NCBI GenBank assembly: GCA_963664825.1
Contig: OY761614.1
Span: 512,001-576,000, forward strand
From: an uncultured Holophaga sp.
GTDB lineage: Bacteria > Acidobacteriota > Holophagae > Holophagales > Holophagaceae
Direction of reading: 5' to 3'
Length of the DNA stretch: 64,000 nucleotides
Under the pieces are notes generated by a model. It was not told where the DNA came from, did not search any database, and saw only the letters and a list, made by a program, of their open reading frames with translations. This document shows positions 9,436 to 19,348 of this stretch, one piece after another (the stretch's first letter is position 1; each line of letters starts with the position of its first letter). The translations under genes were made by a program, and so were the position numbers.

Positions 9436-10044
9436 ATGATCTACTGGATTTCCCACACCCTGGGCCGCCTCGTCGGCCACCTCTGTTTCCATCACCGCAC
9501 CCTCCACCGGGAGCGGATCCCGGAATCCGGCGGCGCCCTCATCGTGACCAACCATGCCAGCTACCTGGATCCACCGGTGGTCTCCATCGCCTTCCGGAAA
9601 CCCCTCTACTGCCTGGCTCGCAAATCCCTCTTCAAGGGCTTCCTGGGCTGGCTGCTGCCCCGTATCAAGGTCCTGCCCGTGGACCGTGGCAAAGGGGACC
9701 TGGCCGGTCTCAAGCGCATCCTCCATCTCCTCCAGGAGGGGAACCGGGTCCTCATCTTCCCCGAAGGCACTAGGTCTCCCGATGGGACTCTCCAGAGGGC
9801 CGAGGCCGGCATTGGATTCATCATCGACAAGTGCCACGTGCCCGTAATTCCCGTGCGGATCTTCGGCGCCTTCGAGTGTTTCCCGCGCACGGCGAAATAC
9901 CCTCGCCTGGGCCCCATCACCATCGTGGCCGGGCCCCCGGTGGACTTCTCAGACCTGCCCCCGGAACTCACCGGCCGAGCGCGCCATCAGGCCTGCGCCG
10001 ACCGGGCCATGGAGGCCCTGGCCGCGCTCCGGATCGAGGATTGA
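9436..10044 (+). CDS. plsC: 1-acyl-sn-glycerol-3-phosphate acyltransferase
   Basis: NHASYLD, VDR, IFPEGTRS, PVIPV. Confidence 0.9.
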   Translation: MIYWISHTLGRLVGHLCFHHRTLHRERIPESGGALIVTNHASYLDPPVVSIAFRKPLYCLARKSLFKGFLGWLLPRIKVLPVDRGKGDLAGLKRILHLLQEGNRVLIFPEGTRSPDGTLQRAEAGIGFIIDKCHVPVIPVRIFGAFECFPRTAKYPRLGPITIVAGPPVDFSDLPPELTGRARHQACADRAMEALAALRIED

Positions 10045-10052
10045 CCCCGAGC

Positions 10053-11513
10053 CTAAAACCGCCTCAGGGCCGCCAGAAGTTCATCCAGGGGCACGCTCAC
10101 GATGGCCGAGGCGCGGTCGCTCATGGCATAGGGCAGGATGAGTTCGCGGCCGTGGAGGAGGGAGCCGCAACTGTAGACCACATTGGGCACATAGCCCTCG
10201 CGTCCCAGGCCTTCAGGCATCAGCAAGGGCTCCGGCAGACGACCGAGGACTTGGGTCGGGTCCTTGAGATCCAGCAGCGCCGCCCCGATGCAGTACTTGC
10301 GCATGGGGCCGACCCCATGGGTGATGACCAGCCAACCGGCCTCGGTCTCGATGGGCGATCCACAGTTCCCGATCTTCACCGATTCCCACATCTCCGCAGG
10401 CCGCAGGAGCACCTTCGCATCGCTCCAGTAGTGGGCATTATCCGAAAACATGAGGAAGAGGTTCTCGTCATCCTCCCGGGAGAGCATGGCGTAACAGCCA
10501 TCGATGCGCCTAGGGAAGAGGGCCATGCCCTTGTTCTGCACGGCTGTGCCATTGAGGGTGAGCACCCGGAAGTGCAGGAAGTCCTCCGTCTCGATGAGCT
10601 GGGGCAGGATGGCGTGCCCATTGTAGGCCGTGTAGGTGGCGTAGTACATCACCGTGCCATCGTCTTCGGTGAAACGCACGAAGCGCGCGTCCTCGATGCC
10701 GTTGCTCTCGTTGGGGGAGACGGGAAAGATGATGCGCTCGCTCATGGCCAGCTCCGGCGAGAAGTGCATCTCGTAGTTGGAGTCGGCGAGCCATTGAATG
10801 CAATTAAGGGTGCTGGTGAGGCCTTGGGTGACGGGCACCGTCTCCCGCCGGACACGGCCCACACTGCGGTTCAGATCGCTCCGGGTGAAGCCCTCCCCGA
10901 GAGGAGCCATTACGGCAGCCGATGCGCCGTTATCGAAGCCCATCTCGTGCAGTTTGACGATGAAGGGCGTCTTCATGTAGCTGGGATTGGGGTCGATCTC
11001 GGGCACGGTGACAAAGCGGGAGACGGGGTCGAGACAGATCCCGCCCTCGGGTGTGATGAGGCCACTGCGGAATTCGATCGATGAGATGTGCCCTTCTCCC
11101 GTGGCGCGCAGGCTCAGGATGAAGCGCAGCCCCCCTTCGGGTACTCCCCCCTGATCGGGATGGGGCACCATGGAGGGGTTGAATAGGGCGGCCGATTCCA
11201 GCGCGTATTCTCCGGAAAAGAGCGCGCCGATGAGGAGCTGGCGCGCGCGGGAGAGGGGACGCTGGGTGAAGACATGGGGCAGCACCCGAGCGAAATTCGC
11301 CAGCAGGGGGCTCTCGAGATCGAGGTGCCGGGAGGCGAATTCCTTTAGCACGGCCTCCAGATCGCGCTCCACCTCCTCTTCGCTCAGGGCCAGGGCGCGG
11401 CCGATGATGGTGGTGACGCGGTGCGTGCTGGAAGGGACGAAGGGACGAAGGATGACCCGGGCACTCTCGGGCACGAGGGTCATGGCGTGGCGGCGAAGGG
11501 TGAGCGGTTTCAC
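10053..11513 (-). CDS. GH130-family glycosidase/mannoside phosphorylase
   Basis: LFNPS, NGIEDARFV, NKGMALFPR, ITHGV, GYVPNVVYSCG. Confidence 0.85.
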   Translation of the reverse strand: MKPLTLRRHAMTLVPESARVILRPFVPSSTHRVTTIIGRALALSEEEVERDLEAVLKEFASRHLDLESPLLANFARVLPHVFTQRPLSRARQLLIGALFSGEYALESAALFNPSMVPHPDQGGVPEGGLRFILSLRATGEGHISSIEFRSGLITPEGGICLDPVSRFVTVPEIDPNPSYMKTPFIVKLHEMGFDNGASAAVMAPLGEGFTRSDLNRSVGRVRRETVPVTQGLTSTLNCIQWLADSNYEMHFSPELAMSERIIFPVSPNESNGIEDARFVRFTEDDGTVMYYATYTAYNGHAILPQLIETEDFLHFRVLTLNGTAVQNKGMALFPRRIDGCYAMLSREDDENLFLMFSDNAHYWSDAKVLLRPAEMWESVKIGNCGSPIETEAGWLVITHGVGPMRKYCIGAALLDLKDPTQVLGRLPEPLLMPEGLGREGYVPNVVYSCGSLLHGRELILPYAMSDRASAIVSVPLDELLAALRRF

Positions 11514-13792
11514 TGGACGGCCTTGGGAGGAAGGGCGATCAGGTGCTCGGCGAAACTCATCTCGGCCAGGGAGAGATGGAAGGCGAGGGTGGATTCGGCC
11601 CCCTGGTTCTCGTTGACCCGGTCCGCGTGCAGCCCATCCCCGCAGCCCCCGGTGCTGGAATCGTAGAGGGGCAGGCCCAGATCATTGCGCCCGAGGAACC
11701 ACTCGAAGGCCCGCTTCGCCTCCCGGGACCAGGAGACATCCTGGGTGGCCCGGAAGGCCTCCAGACAAGCCGCGACCATCGCCTGGGCCTCCACCGGTTG
11801 CTGATCGAAATCGGCCCTGGCGCCGCCGCGCGTGTAGAAGCCGTTGCTGCCGATGGGCCGGAAATGACCGGCCTGGGTCCTCTGAAGGGAGGCCAGCCAG
11901 CGCAGGGATTTGAGGCCAATCTCCAGCGCCTCGGCATGGGGCATCCACTGCCCGCTGAGAATCAGGGCCTGGCACAGCCGCGCATTATCGTAGGTGGCGC
12001 TGGGCTCGAACCAGGGCCAGTCATGGGTCGCACACGCCTTCCAGAGGTTCACGAGCTTGCCCGTGAGCGCTGCCCGGACAGCGACCACCTCGGGATGGCC
12101 GGGAAAGCGCCGCAGGTATTCGTGGATACCCAGCAGCGTGAAGGCCCAGGCTCGGGGTGACGTGAAGGTTTCCACCACGGAGAGCCCGCGGTCGAAGAGC
12201 TGGGAGGAGAGCTTCCGGTGTCCCTCGTTGCGGGAGCGCCCCGCACCCGTGCCCAGGGCCCAGAGGGCCCGCGCATGGCAGTCCTCGCTGCCCGAGGCCT
12301 CCAGCCACTGCCGTCCGTGGCTCATAAAATTCCGGAAGCGATTCGTCTCGGGATTCAGCGCCGCGAACAGGAACGCGAGATAGCTCGTGGCCAGCCGATC
12401 GAGTTTTTCCTCCGGGGGCCGCCCTCCCAGATCATCCATCAGGGTGCAGAGGATGAAGGCCCGGGCGTTGTCATCGGTACAGTAGCCTTCGTGGAAGTTC
12501 GGCACATTGAAGATGGCGTGCTGGAAGATGCCGGTGGCATCGCTCATGCGCACCACATGGCTGAGCCGGAGCGGAGGCAAATCATAGGGTCGGCTGGCGA
12601 GCGTCCAACCGGCGAAGGCCGCTCGGGGCGTGGCCCTGCGCTCGGTGCGCACACGCTGGAAGGTCTCGAGGTAGCGCCCCGCCACCTCGGGCCAGACCCA
12701 TGCCCGCCCACACTGGTAGGCCTTCTCCCGAGTCTCCTGCAGTTTGGCCGGATCATCCAGATACCCGCATACGCCTTCGGCGATGGCGTGGGGATCATGG
12801 AAGGGCACAAGCGTTCCCCGCCCCTCGGCGAGCAATTCTTGGGCGTGCCAGTAAGGCGTGGAAACCACCGCCTTGCCCGCGCCGAAGACGTAGGCCAGGG
12901 TGCCCGAGGTGATCTGCGCCTCGTTGAGATAGGGAGTGAGGTAGATGTCGGTCGCGCCGATGAACTCCTTGAGATCATCCAGGGACACGAAGCGGTTGTA
13001 GAAGATCACGTGTTCCTTGACGCCGAGATCCTCCGCCAGCCGCTCCAGACCCAGGCGGTAGCTCTCCCCTTCCCGGGCCACCAGATGGGGATGGGTGGCA
13101 CCCAATATCAGATAGACCACGTTGGGATGGCGTTTCACGATCTCCGGCAGGGCCTCGATAGCGTGTTCGATGCCCTTGCCGGGGCCCAGGAGCCCGAAGG
13201 TGAGCAGCACCATGCGGCCTTCCACACCGAACTGCGCCTTGTAGAAACTGGACTCAATGAAGGGCATGTCCGGAATGCCGTGGGGGATGATGTCCACCTT
13301 GGCGTCCGGAACGCCATAGGTCTCCCGCAGGATCGAGGCGCCCTTGCGGGCCATCACCACCAGGCGATCCGAGCGCCGGATCAGTTCCTCCATCACCATC
13401 CGCTGATCGGCATTGGGCTCGCGCAGGACCGTGTGCAGGGTCGTCACCACGGGCATGCGGACTTCCTTGAGCAGGGCCAGCAGGTGGCTCCCGGCGGCTC
13501 CGCCGTAGATGCCGAACTCGTGCTGCACGCACAGCACGTCGGCGTTATTGAAATTGAGGAAATCCGCGGCGCGCCGGTAGGAATCCAGATCCTTCTGATC
13601 CACCTCGAAACGCACCCGGGAGGGATAGTCGTAGCCCTCGAGCCGATCATTCACCGCGCCCGAATAGCACTGGGAGCCCGGCGAAGCCGCCGCCACAGCC
13701 TCACAGAGATCGTGGGTGAAGGTGGCGATGCCACAGAGCCGGGGCAGGAAGCCCCCCAGGAAAGCGATGCGTTCGGGCCGCGTGGAGTCCAT
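11510..13792 (-). CDS. GT4 glycosyltransferase with C-terminal helical (glycosidase-like) domain
   Basis: CGIATFT, QHEFGIYGG, FGLLGPGKG, TSGTL; C-terminal GYCTDDNAR, YDNAR, FDQQP, NQGAEST. Confidence 0.85.
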   Translation of the reverse strand: MDSTRPERIAFLGGFLPRLCGIATFTHDLCEAVAAASPGSQCYSGAVNDRLEGYDYPSRVRFEVDQKDLDSYRRAADFLNFNNADVLCVQHEFGIYGGAAGSHLLALLKEVRMPVVTTLHTVLREPNADQRMVMEELIRRSDRLVVMARKGASILRETYGVPDAKVDIIPHGIPDMPFIESSFYKAQFGVEGRMVLLTFGLLGPGKGIEHAIEALPEIVKRHPNVVYLILGATHPHLVAREGESYRLGLERLAEDLGVKEHVIFYNRFVSLDDLKEFIGATDIYLTPYLNEAQITSGTLAYVFGAGKAVVSTPYWHAQELLAEGRGTLVPFHDPHAIAEGVCGYLDDPAKLQETREKAYQCGRAWVWPEVAGRYLETFQRVRTERRATPRAAFAGWTLASRPYDLPPLRLSHVVRMSDATGIFQHAIFNVPNFHEGYCTDDNARAFILCTLMDDLGGRPPEEKLDRLATSYLAFLFAALNPETNRFRNFMSHGRQWLEASGSEDCHARALWALGTGAGRSRNEGHRKLSSQLFDRGLSVVETFTSPRAWAFTLLGIHEYLRRFPGHPEVVAVRAALTGKLVNLWKACATHDWPWFEPSATYDNARLCQALILSGQWMPHAEALEIGLKSLRWLASLQRTQAGHFRPIGSNGFYTRGGARADFDQQPVEAQAMVAACLEAFRATQDVSWSREAKRAFEWFLGRNDLGLPLYDSSTGGCGDGLHADRVNENQGAESTLAFHLSLAEMSFAEHLIALPPKAVQ

Positions 13793-13936
13793 CGGATGGT
13801 TCCTCTCGTTCGCTGCAACACGTCCCAGCGCGCCCAGTTGTCTGGACAGAGTTTACCACCCATGGCCCCCCCAGCCCCGAATGGCCTTAGGGGGTCCCAG
13901 TAAAAATCGATATCGATCCGTCAGGCCGGAGTCGCC

Positions 13937-15073
13937 CTATTTCAGCCCAAGCTCCGCGGCGATGGCAGGGGGAATGGCCTTCCGATGCACCATGATGGCG
14001 ATGCCCTTCATGAGCATGAAGCTGCGGGAGATGTAGACATAGCCCTTGTGGGGGCCCACGTTGGCCCCATCGCCCCAGCTGTTCTTGGTGAGGAAGAAGC
14101 GATGGCCCGCCTGGTCCTTGGCCAGACCCACGATATGCATGAGGTGATCGTCGGTGGTGCGGAAGTCGTCGAAGGACTGCTGGCGCAGTTCGGCGGTGGG
14201 CTCCAGCTCCGCCTCGGGCACATTGGGCTCGTTCTTCTGATCGACCACCTTCGGAATGAAGGCGTATCCGAGGGTCTTCTGGCTGAATTCCTTCTCGGAG
14301 ACATCCCCATCCCACACGAAGGAATAGCCATTTCGGAGGGCGTTCTCCATCACCTGTTCGAGTTCCTCGAGAGGCAGGTTGTAGTAGCGGTTGTCCTGGG
14401 CCCAGTTATCGTGGATCTCCATGCGGAAGGGCTTGTGATAGGGGTGGTGGGTGAAGCTGGTGAGTTCCACGTAGGCATCCAGGTCCAGCCCCAGCCCATC
14501 CCGGAAGCTCTCCGGCGTATAGCTCTTGCCCTGATAGGTGAAGCTCACCGGGGGCTTGCCCAGGTAGACATCTAGCACCGCCTGGAAGGCCGCGGGCCAT
14601 TTCGGGGTGGGCTGCTTGCCCTTGGCGGCCGCGTCCATGACTCCCCGGAGGGCAGCGTCCATCTCGCCGTGGGAATGGGTCGTCTCCCCGCTCGCCAGCC
14701 CCGTGTAGGCTTCCCGAGGCACGATGCCGTGGGCCTTCGCCGCGTTGATCCAATCGTGGGCCTGGCCCCCCGGGCTCCAGGGCGCGACGCCCTGCATGCG
14801 GAAGTAGTTCCACGCCTTCTCGGGCCAGGTGTGGCGGATCACGAACATCTCCGAGAGGCCGACCTCGGGCTTGCCCAGGCGCAGCAGTTCGGATTCCAGG
14901 TAGCTGGTGGTGGCGAAGCACCAGCAGGTGCCGGATTTGCCCTGGGCCTTCACCGAGGTCCGGGCCACCTCCTTTTCCACCGTGAAGGTCCGATTGGGCT
15001 TGATCTCCACCGGGGGGGTCTGAGCGAAGGCGACCAGCGAGAAGCACACAGGTACGAGCAGGCGAAGGGACAT
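13937..15073 (-). CDS. Secreted C1-family cysteine aminopeptidase (PepC/bleomycin hydrolase-like)
   Basis: QGKSGTCW, DHLMHIVG, KNSWG catalytic motifs; signal peptide from ATG 15073. Confidence 0.9.
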   Translation of the reverse strand: MSLRLLVPVCFSLVAFAQTPPVEIKPNRTFTVEKEVARTSVKAQGKSGTCWCFATTSYLESELLRLGKPEVGLSEMFVIRHTWPEKAWNYFRMQGVAPWSPGGQAHDWINAAKAHGIVPREAYTGLASGETTHSHGEMDAALRGVMDAAAKGKQPTPKWPAAFQAVLDVYLGKPPVSFTYQGKSYTPESFRDGLGLDLDAYVELTSFTHHPYHKPFRMEIHDNWAQDNRYYNLPLEELEQVMENALRNGYSFVWDGDVSEKEFSQKTLGYAFIPKVVDQKNEPNVPEAELEPTAELRQQSFDDFRTTDDHLMHIVGLAKDQAGHRFFLTKNSWGDGANVGPHKGYVYISRSFMLMKGIAIMVHRKAIPPAIAAELGLK

Positions 15074-15152
15074 GGCGGGCTCCACAAGGCCTCCATTGTA
15101 ATACGAGGCAAGCTTCCCGAAAGGCTCCTTTGTCGGGATGCCCCGGAGGACT

Positions 15153-16007
15153 TCAGGTCTTGTTCGGCGTTTTCCGCACCCAGGGCGCCAGGGACTTATC
15201 AAAGAAGGCCTGAAGCCCCGCATGGGCCTCGCCCCCCCCTCGGACCTCGGCGATGGCGCGAGCGTTGGCTTCCACCCGCTGGGCATCCGGCAGGGGCATG
15301 TCCCGCATCAGCTGGGCCTTGGTGCGCCGGGCGGCCTCGGGCCCGGCCTGGAGCCACTCCAGCAGTTGCGCCGCGAGCGCCGTTTCCAGGGATTCCCCGG
15401 GCTGCGTCAGGTGCTGGACCAGACCGCAGGCCATGGCCTCTTCCCCGTCGAAGCGCCGTCCCGAGAGCAGGAGAGGAGCCGCCCGGCCCAGCCCCAGCTT
15501 GCGCACCACGTAGGGGCTGATCAGCGCCGGGACAAGGCCCAGGCGCACTTCGGAAATCGCAAAGCGCGCCGAGGCTTCAGCCAACACCAGATCGGCGCAA
15601 GCCGCCAGACCAAATCCGCCTCCCAGGGCCGCCCCCTGCACTGCGCAGATCACCGGCGCCGGGAAGGCCGCCAGGCGATGGAACATGGCCCCCAGCTGGC
15701 GGGCATCGGCCAGATTCTCCTCCGGGGTATGGGCGGCCTGGGCCTGCATGTAGCCGAGATCGGCCCCAGCGCAGAAGATGCTCCCCTCCCCCACCAGCAG
15801 AAGCACGCGCAGGGCCTGGGGATCGAGCACCGATAGATCGAAGAGGGCACTGGAGAGTTCGGCGATCATGGTGGTATCGAAGGCGTTGTGCCGCTCGGGC
15901 CGGGCCAGCACTAGGCGCGCCACACCGTGTTCCAGCTGCTCGACCCGAAGGCGCTCCCCCCGGAAGAGGAGGCCCTGGTAGGAAAACCCTGGGATGGAGG
16001 CCGTCAT
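15153..16007 (-). CDS. Enoyl-CoA hydratase/isomerase (methylglutaconyl-CoA hydratase-like)
   Basis: RPERHNAFD, FCAGADL, GAALGGGFGL, SEVRLGLVP; RBS GGAGG before ATG 16007. Confidence 0.9.
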   Translation of the reverse strand: MTASIPGFSYQGLLFRGERLRVEQLEHGVARLVLARPERHNAFDTTMIAELSSALFDLSVLDPQALRVLLLVGEGSIFCAGADLGYMQAQAAHTPEENLADARQLGAMFHRLAAFPAPVICAVQGAALGGGFGLAACADLVLAEASARFAISEVRLGLVPALISPYVVRKLGLGRAAPLLLSGRRFDGEEAMACGLVQHLTQPGESLETALAAQLLEWLQAGPEAARRTKAQLMRDMPLPDAQRVEANARAIAEVRGGGEAHAGLQAFFDKSLAPWVRKTPNKT

Positions 16008-16092
16008 GACCGCCTCCGGGCCGGATTCACGGGAAGGGCCTCTGGGGAAACGGCAGGGATCGGGCACATGGAAGGCTCCAGATAGCACTCGC

Positions 16093-16148
16093 CTCGGGCG
16101 CGCAGGCGCCGGACAAAAGCGAACTCCAGAAATGGAAGGTGCCTTCAT
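16093..16148. repeat. GCA-loop hairpin plus degenerate upstream copy of the enoyl-CoA hydratase 5' end
   Basis: Plus-strand CTCGGGCGC-GCA-GGCGCCGGA; minus-strand MKAPSISGVRF aligns with real start MTA-SIPGFSY, in frame. Confidence 0.5.
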
Positions 16149-16218
16149 TCTGCCTAAGACTGCCCGGAATGGAACCTGGATTCGGAAAGAACCGGCTTCA
16201 CGCGCCCTCTGACAGCAA

Positions 16219-17184
16219 TCAGGCCTGTTCGGCCAGCCAGCGTTCGGCATCGACGGCGGCCATGCAGCCGCTGGCGGCGGCGGTGATGGCCTGGCGGTAG
16301 GTGTGGTCCGCCACGTCGCCCGCGGCGAAAACGCCGGGAATGGCCGTATGCGTGGAGCCCTTCTCCACCATCAGGTAGCCCGCGGCATCCAGGGGCAACT
16401 GGCCCTTGACGAGCTCCGTGTTGGGCTGATGGCCGATGGCCACGAAAAGCCCGTCCAGGGGCAGTTCCGCACGGCTGCCGTCCACGGTGTCCTCCAGCAC
16501 CAGGGCCCGGATCTTCTCCACCTCATCGCCCATGGGCGTCGTCACCCGGTGGGTAAGGATCTCGGCCACCACCTTGTTCCAGTGCATGGCCACCTTGGGG
16601 TTGGCCAGCGTGCGCTCCTGCATGGCCTTGGAGGCGCGGAAGGCGTCCCGGCGGTGGATGAGGTTCACCTTGCTAGCGAAGCGCGTGAGGTAGGTGGCCT
16701 CTTCGAGAGCCGTGTCGCCCCCGCCCACCACGGCGATTTCCTTGCCTCTGAAGAAGAACCCGTCACAGGTGGCGCAGGCCGAGACCCCGCCGCCGCTGCG
16801 GCTGAGTTCCTGATCCTTGCCGATCCCCAGCCACTTGGCCGAAGCCCCCGTGGCGATGATCACGGCGTCCGCCGTATATTCGCCCTGGTCTGTTCCAACG
16901 CGGAAGGGCCTGGCGCTGAGATTTACGGAGGTCACGGTCTCGGCCTTAATATCGGCCCCGAAGCGCAGGGCCTGCTCGCGCATCTCGGTCATGAGTTCGG
17001 GGCCGGGGATGCCCTGGCGGAATCCTGGGAAGTTCTCGATTTCAGTCGTGATGGTGAGCTGGCCGCCGGGCTGGATGCCCTCGAAGATCACGGGAGCAAG
17101 CCCCGCGCGGCTGGCGTAGATTGCGGCTGTGTACCCGGCGGGGCCGGTGCCGATGATGAGGAGGCGGTGATGGGCAGGTGGCAT
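16219..17184 (-). CDS. trxB: Thioredoxin-disulfide reductase
   Basis: IIGTGPAGYTAA, GGQLT, CATCDG, GGGDTALEEA, AGDV...YRQA. Confidence 0.97.
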   Translation of the reverse strand: MPPAHHRLLIIGTGPAGYTAAIYASRAGLAPVIFEGIQPGGQLTITTEIENFPGFRQGIPGPELMTEMREQALRFGADIKAETVTSVNLSARPFRVGTDQGEYTADAVIIATGASAKWLGIGKDQELSRSGGGVSACATCDGFFFRGKEIAVVGGGDTALEEATYLTRFASKVNLIHRRDAFRASKAMQERTLANPKVAMHWNKVVAEILTHRVTTPMGDEVEKIRALVLEDTVDGSRAELPLDGLFVAIGHQPNTELVKGQLPLDAAGYLMVEKGSTHTAIPGVFAAGDVADHTYRQAITAAASGCMAAVDAERWLAEQA

Positions 17185-17229
17185 GGGGATTCCGGAAGTG
17201 TGGAAGACGTTGCGAGAAAATGGGCCGTT

Positions 17230-18981
17230 TCAGCGGGCGGCGAGGAAGACCAGCATGTTCTGGGGTTTCTGGAATCCCAGGCTGCGGCCCACTTCCCTGC
17301 CCTCCCCGTCCAGCAGGATGACGCTGGGGTAGCTGCGGATTTCCAACTTCTTGGCCAGATCCGGGCGCTGCTTATCCGTATCGATGCGGATGGCGATGGC
17401 ATTCTTGGCGATCCAGGCCTTCACGCCCGCGTCCGGCCAGGTCTTCTCATCCAGCTCCTTGCACTGGGCGCACCATTCGGCGTAGATATCGACCAGCACG
17501 AGCTTGTGCTCGGCCTTGGCCTTTTTAAGAGCCCCCTCCAAATCCTGTTCCATCCAGGCCTTGGGACCCGCTTCGACAGCCACTGTCGCGCATCCCCGGG
17601 GAAGGAGCGGGAGGTTCAGGAAGTTCTCGACGGCCCGGATGCCCAGTAGCAGGCCCAGGAGCAGGAGCAGGAGGGCGAAGGCCCTGCGGAGCTGCGCCAC
17701 CAGGCCTTCGGCCACCTCGAAGGCGCCGAAGACCGCCGCGCCCACCAGGAGCGTCAGCATCCACATGGCGTCATTGGCCCACTCCGGCACCAGCAGGCGG
17801 ATGTTCCAGGCCGCGAAGGCGAGTACCACCAGGCCCATGATGTGCTTGAAGCGCGTGAGCCAGTCGCCACTCTTGGGGAGCCCCGCACTGAAGGTGCCCA
17901 CCAACATGAAGAGCACGCCCATGCCCAGGGTAAAGGTGAAGAGCTTGAGGGCGCCGAGTACGACATTGCCCTGCTGGGCGATGCCCACCAGCACCGCGCC
18001 GATGATGGGGCCCACGCAGGGGGCGGCGAGAGGGCCCAGCACCAGGCCCATGAGGAAGGCGCCCACATAGCCCTTGCGGGGGCCACCGCCCTGGAGCCTA
18101 TTCTGGAGGCCCTGGGGAAGATTGATCTCGAAGGCGCCGAAGAGGCTCAGGGCGAAGACGGCAAAGATGAGCGACACGGGGATCAGGAAGCCGGGCCTCT
18201 GGGCGAAGGCGCCGAAGGCCGCGCCGCTCTTGGCGGCCACGACACCCAGTGTCGTGTAGGTGACGGCCATACCCAGCACGAGCATGAGCGAGAGCGCGAA
18301 GCCCTTGGCCTTGCCGCCCCCTTTCGCCCCGATGATGGCCATGGTGATGGGGATCATGGGATAGACGCAGGGTGTGAGGCTGGCGCCCATGCCCGCCAGG
18401 AAGACCAGGAGCAGGGCCAGGAGGAGGCCCTGGTGGGGAGCCTCGGGGGCGGGGACCTTCAAAGCCGCGGCCGCGGGAGCCTGGACGGGCGTTTCTGGAA
18501 CGGGCACCGGGGCCTTGGCCTCACCCTGAGCTTCGGGTGTCGCGCCGGGGGCCGGTGCCACCTTCGTCTCCAGCTTGGCGGCAGGAATCTCGGAGGCCTT
18601 CACCTTCAGGCTGCGGGTGGTGGGCGGAAAGCAGTTCCCCCCCTCCCCTTCCGTGCAGGGCTGGTACTGGACATCCAGTGTCACCTCCCCGGAGAGCCCT
18701 TCACCCGTCACGGGGATGCGCAGGGTGCCGTGGTAGACCTCCTCGCCGAGCTCATCCTTGGCGTTCGCGGCGGGGAGGGCTCCCACCTTGAGCTTCCCAG
18801 GCTTGGAGCTGAGCGTCACCTCCGTGAAGGACTTCTTGAGATGGGCGCCAGCAGGAGCCGTGAGAACGACGGCCCCCTTCTGGAAGGAGACCTTCACATC
18901 CTTCTCGGGATCGAAGGCATGGCCGGGAGAGGCAAGGCCCAGGACCAGGATCCAGAGGAAGAGAAGTTTGAGAGTCCGCAT
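17230..18981 (-). CDS. dsbD: Thiol:disulfide interchange protein DsbD-like
   Basis: N-terminal CTEGEGGNC, SLTPCVYPM, AAPCVGP, C-terminal WCAQC thioredoxin domain; start reassigned to MRTLKLLF. Confidence 0.9.
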   Translation of the reverse strand: MRTLKLLFLWILVLGLASPGHAFDPEKDVKVSFQKGAVVLTAPAGAHLKKSFTEVTLSSKPGKLKVGALPAANAKDELGEEVYHGTLRIPVTGEGLSGEVTLDVQYQPCTEGEGGNCFPPTTRSLKVKASEIPAAKLETKVAPAPGATPEAQGEAKAPVPVPETPVQAPAAAALKVPAPEAPHQGLLLALLLVFLAGMGASLTPCVYPMIPITMAIIGAKGGGKAKGFALSLMLVLGMAVTYTTLGVVAAKSGAAFGAFAQRPGFLIPVSLIFAVFALSLFGAFEINLPQGLQNRLQGGGPRKGYVGAFLMGLVLGPLAAPCVGPIIGAVLVGIAQQGNVVLGALKLFTFTLGMGVLFMLVGTFSAGLPKSGDWLTRFKHIMGLVVLAFAAWNIRLLVPEWANDAMWMLTLLVGAAVFGAFEVAEGLVAQLRRAFALLLLLLGLLLGIRAVENFLNLPLLPRGCATVAVEAGPKAWMEQDLEGALKKAKAEHKLVLVDIYAEWCAQCKELDEKTWPDAGVKAWIAKNAIAIRIDTDKQRPDLAKKLEIRSYPSVILLDGEGREVGRSLGFQKPQNMLVFLAAR

Positions 18982-19348
18982 CGGAGCCTCCAGTGTGGGA
19001 CAGGAAAGGATGGAAGACATGGATCGATGGAGGGTTTGCCGGAGAGCCTCAACGCCTCGAAACGCATATTTGCATATTATTCCGCATAAACCCAACTTAG
19101 CAAGGCCTCGATACCGGGCAGTCGGTTGGAAGGAGTTGAGGTCATGGAGACTCCGGAATGCTTCAACCTGCATTGTTCGGCATTCCGCCTGTGAAATGCG
19201 GTCAAGTTTCCTGGCGAGATAACAGGCCCCAGAGCTGCCTGCGGAACCAAGCCCTTCAAGGGTCTGCGGGAATGCTAGGCGTCTCCGGATCGGAAAGAGT
19301 GGCAACCATCGGGCCCAAGGTGCCTTCCACCTGTGCTGCAATGGGGCC

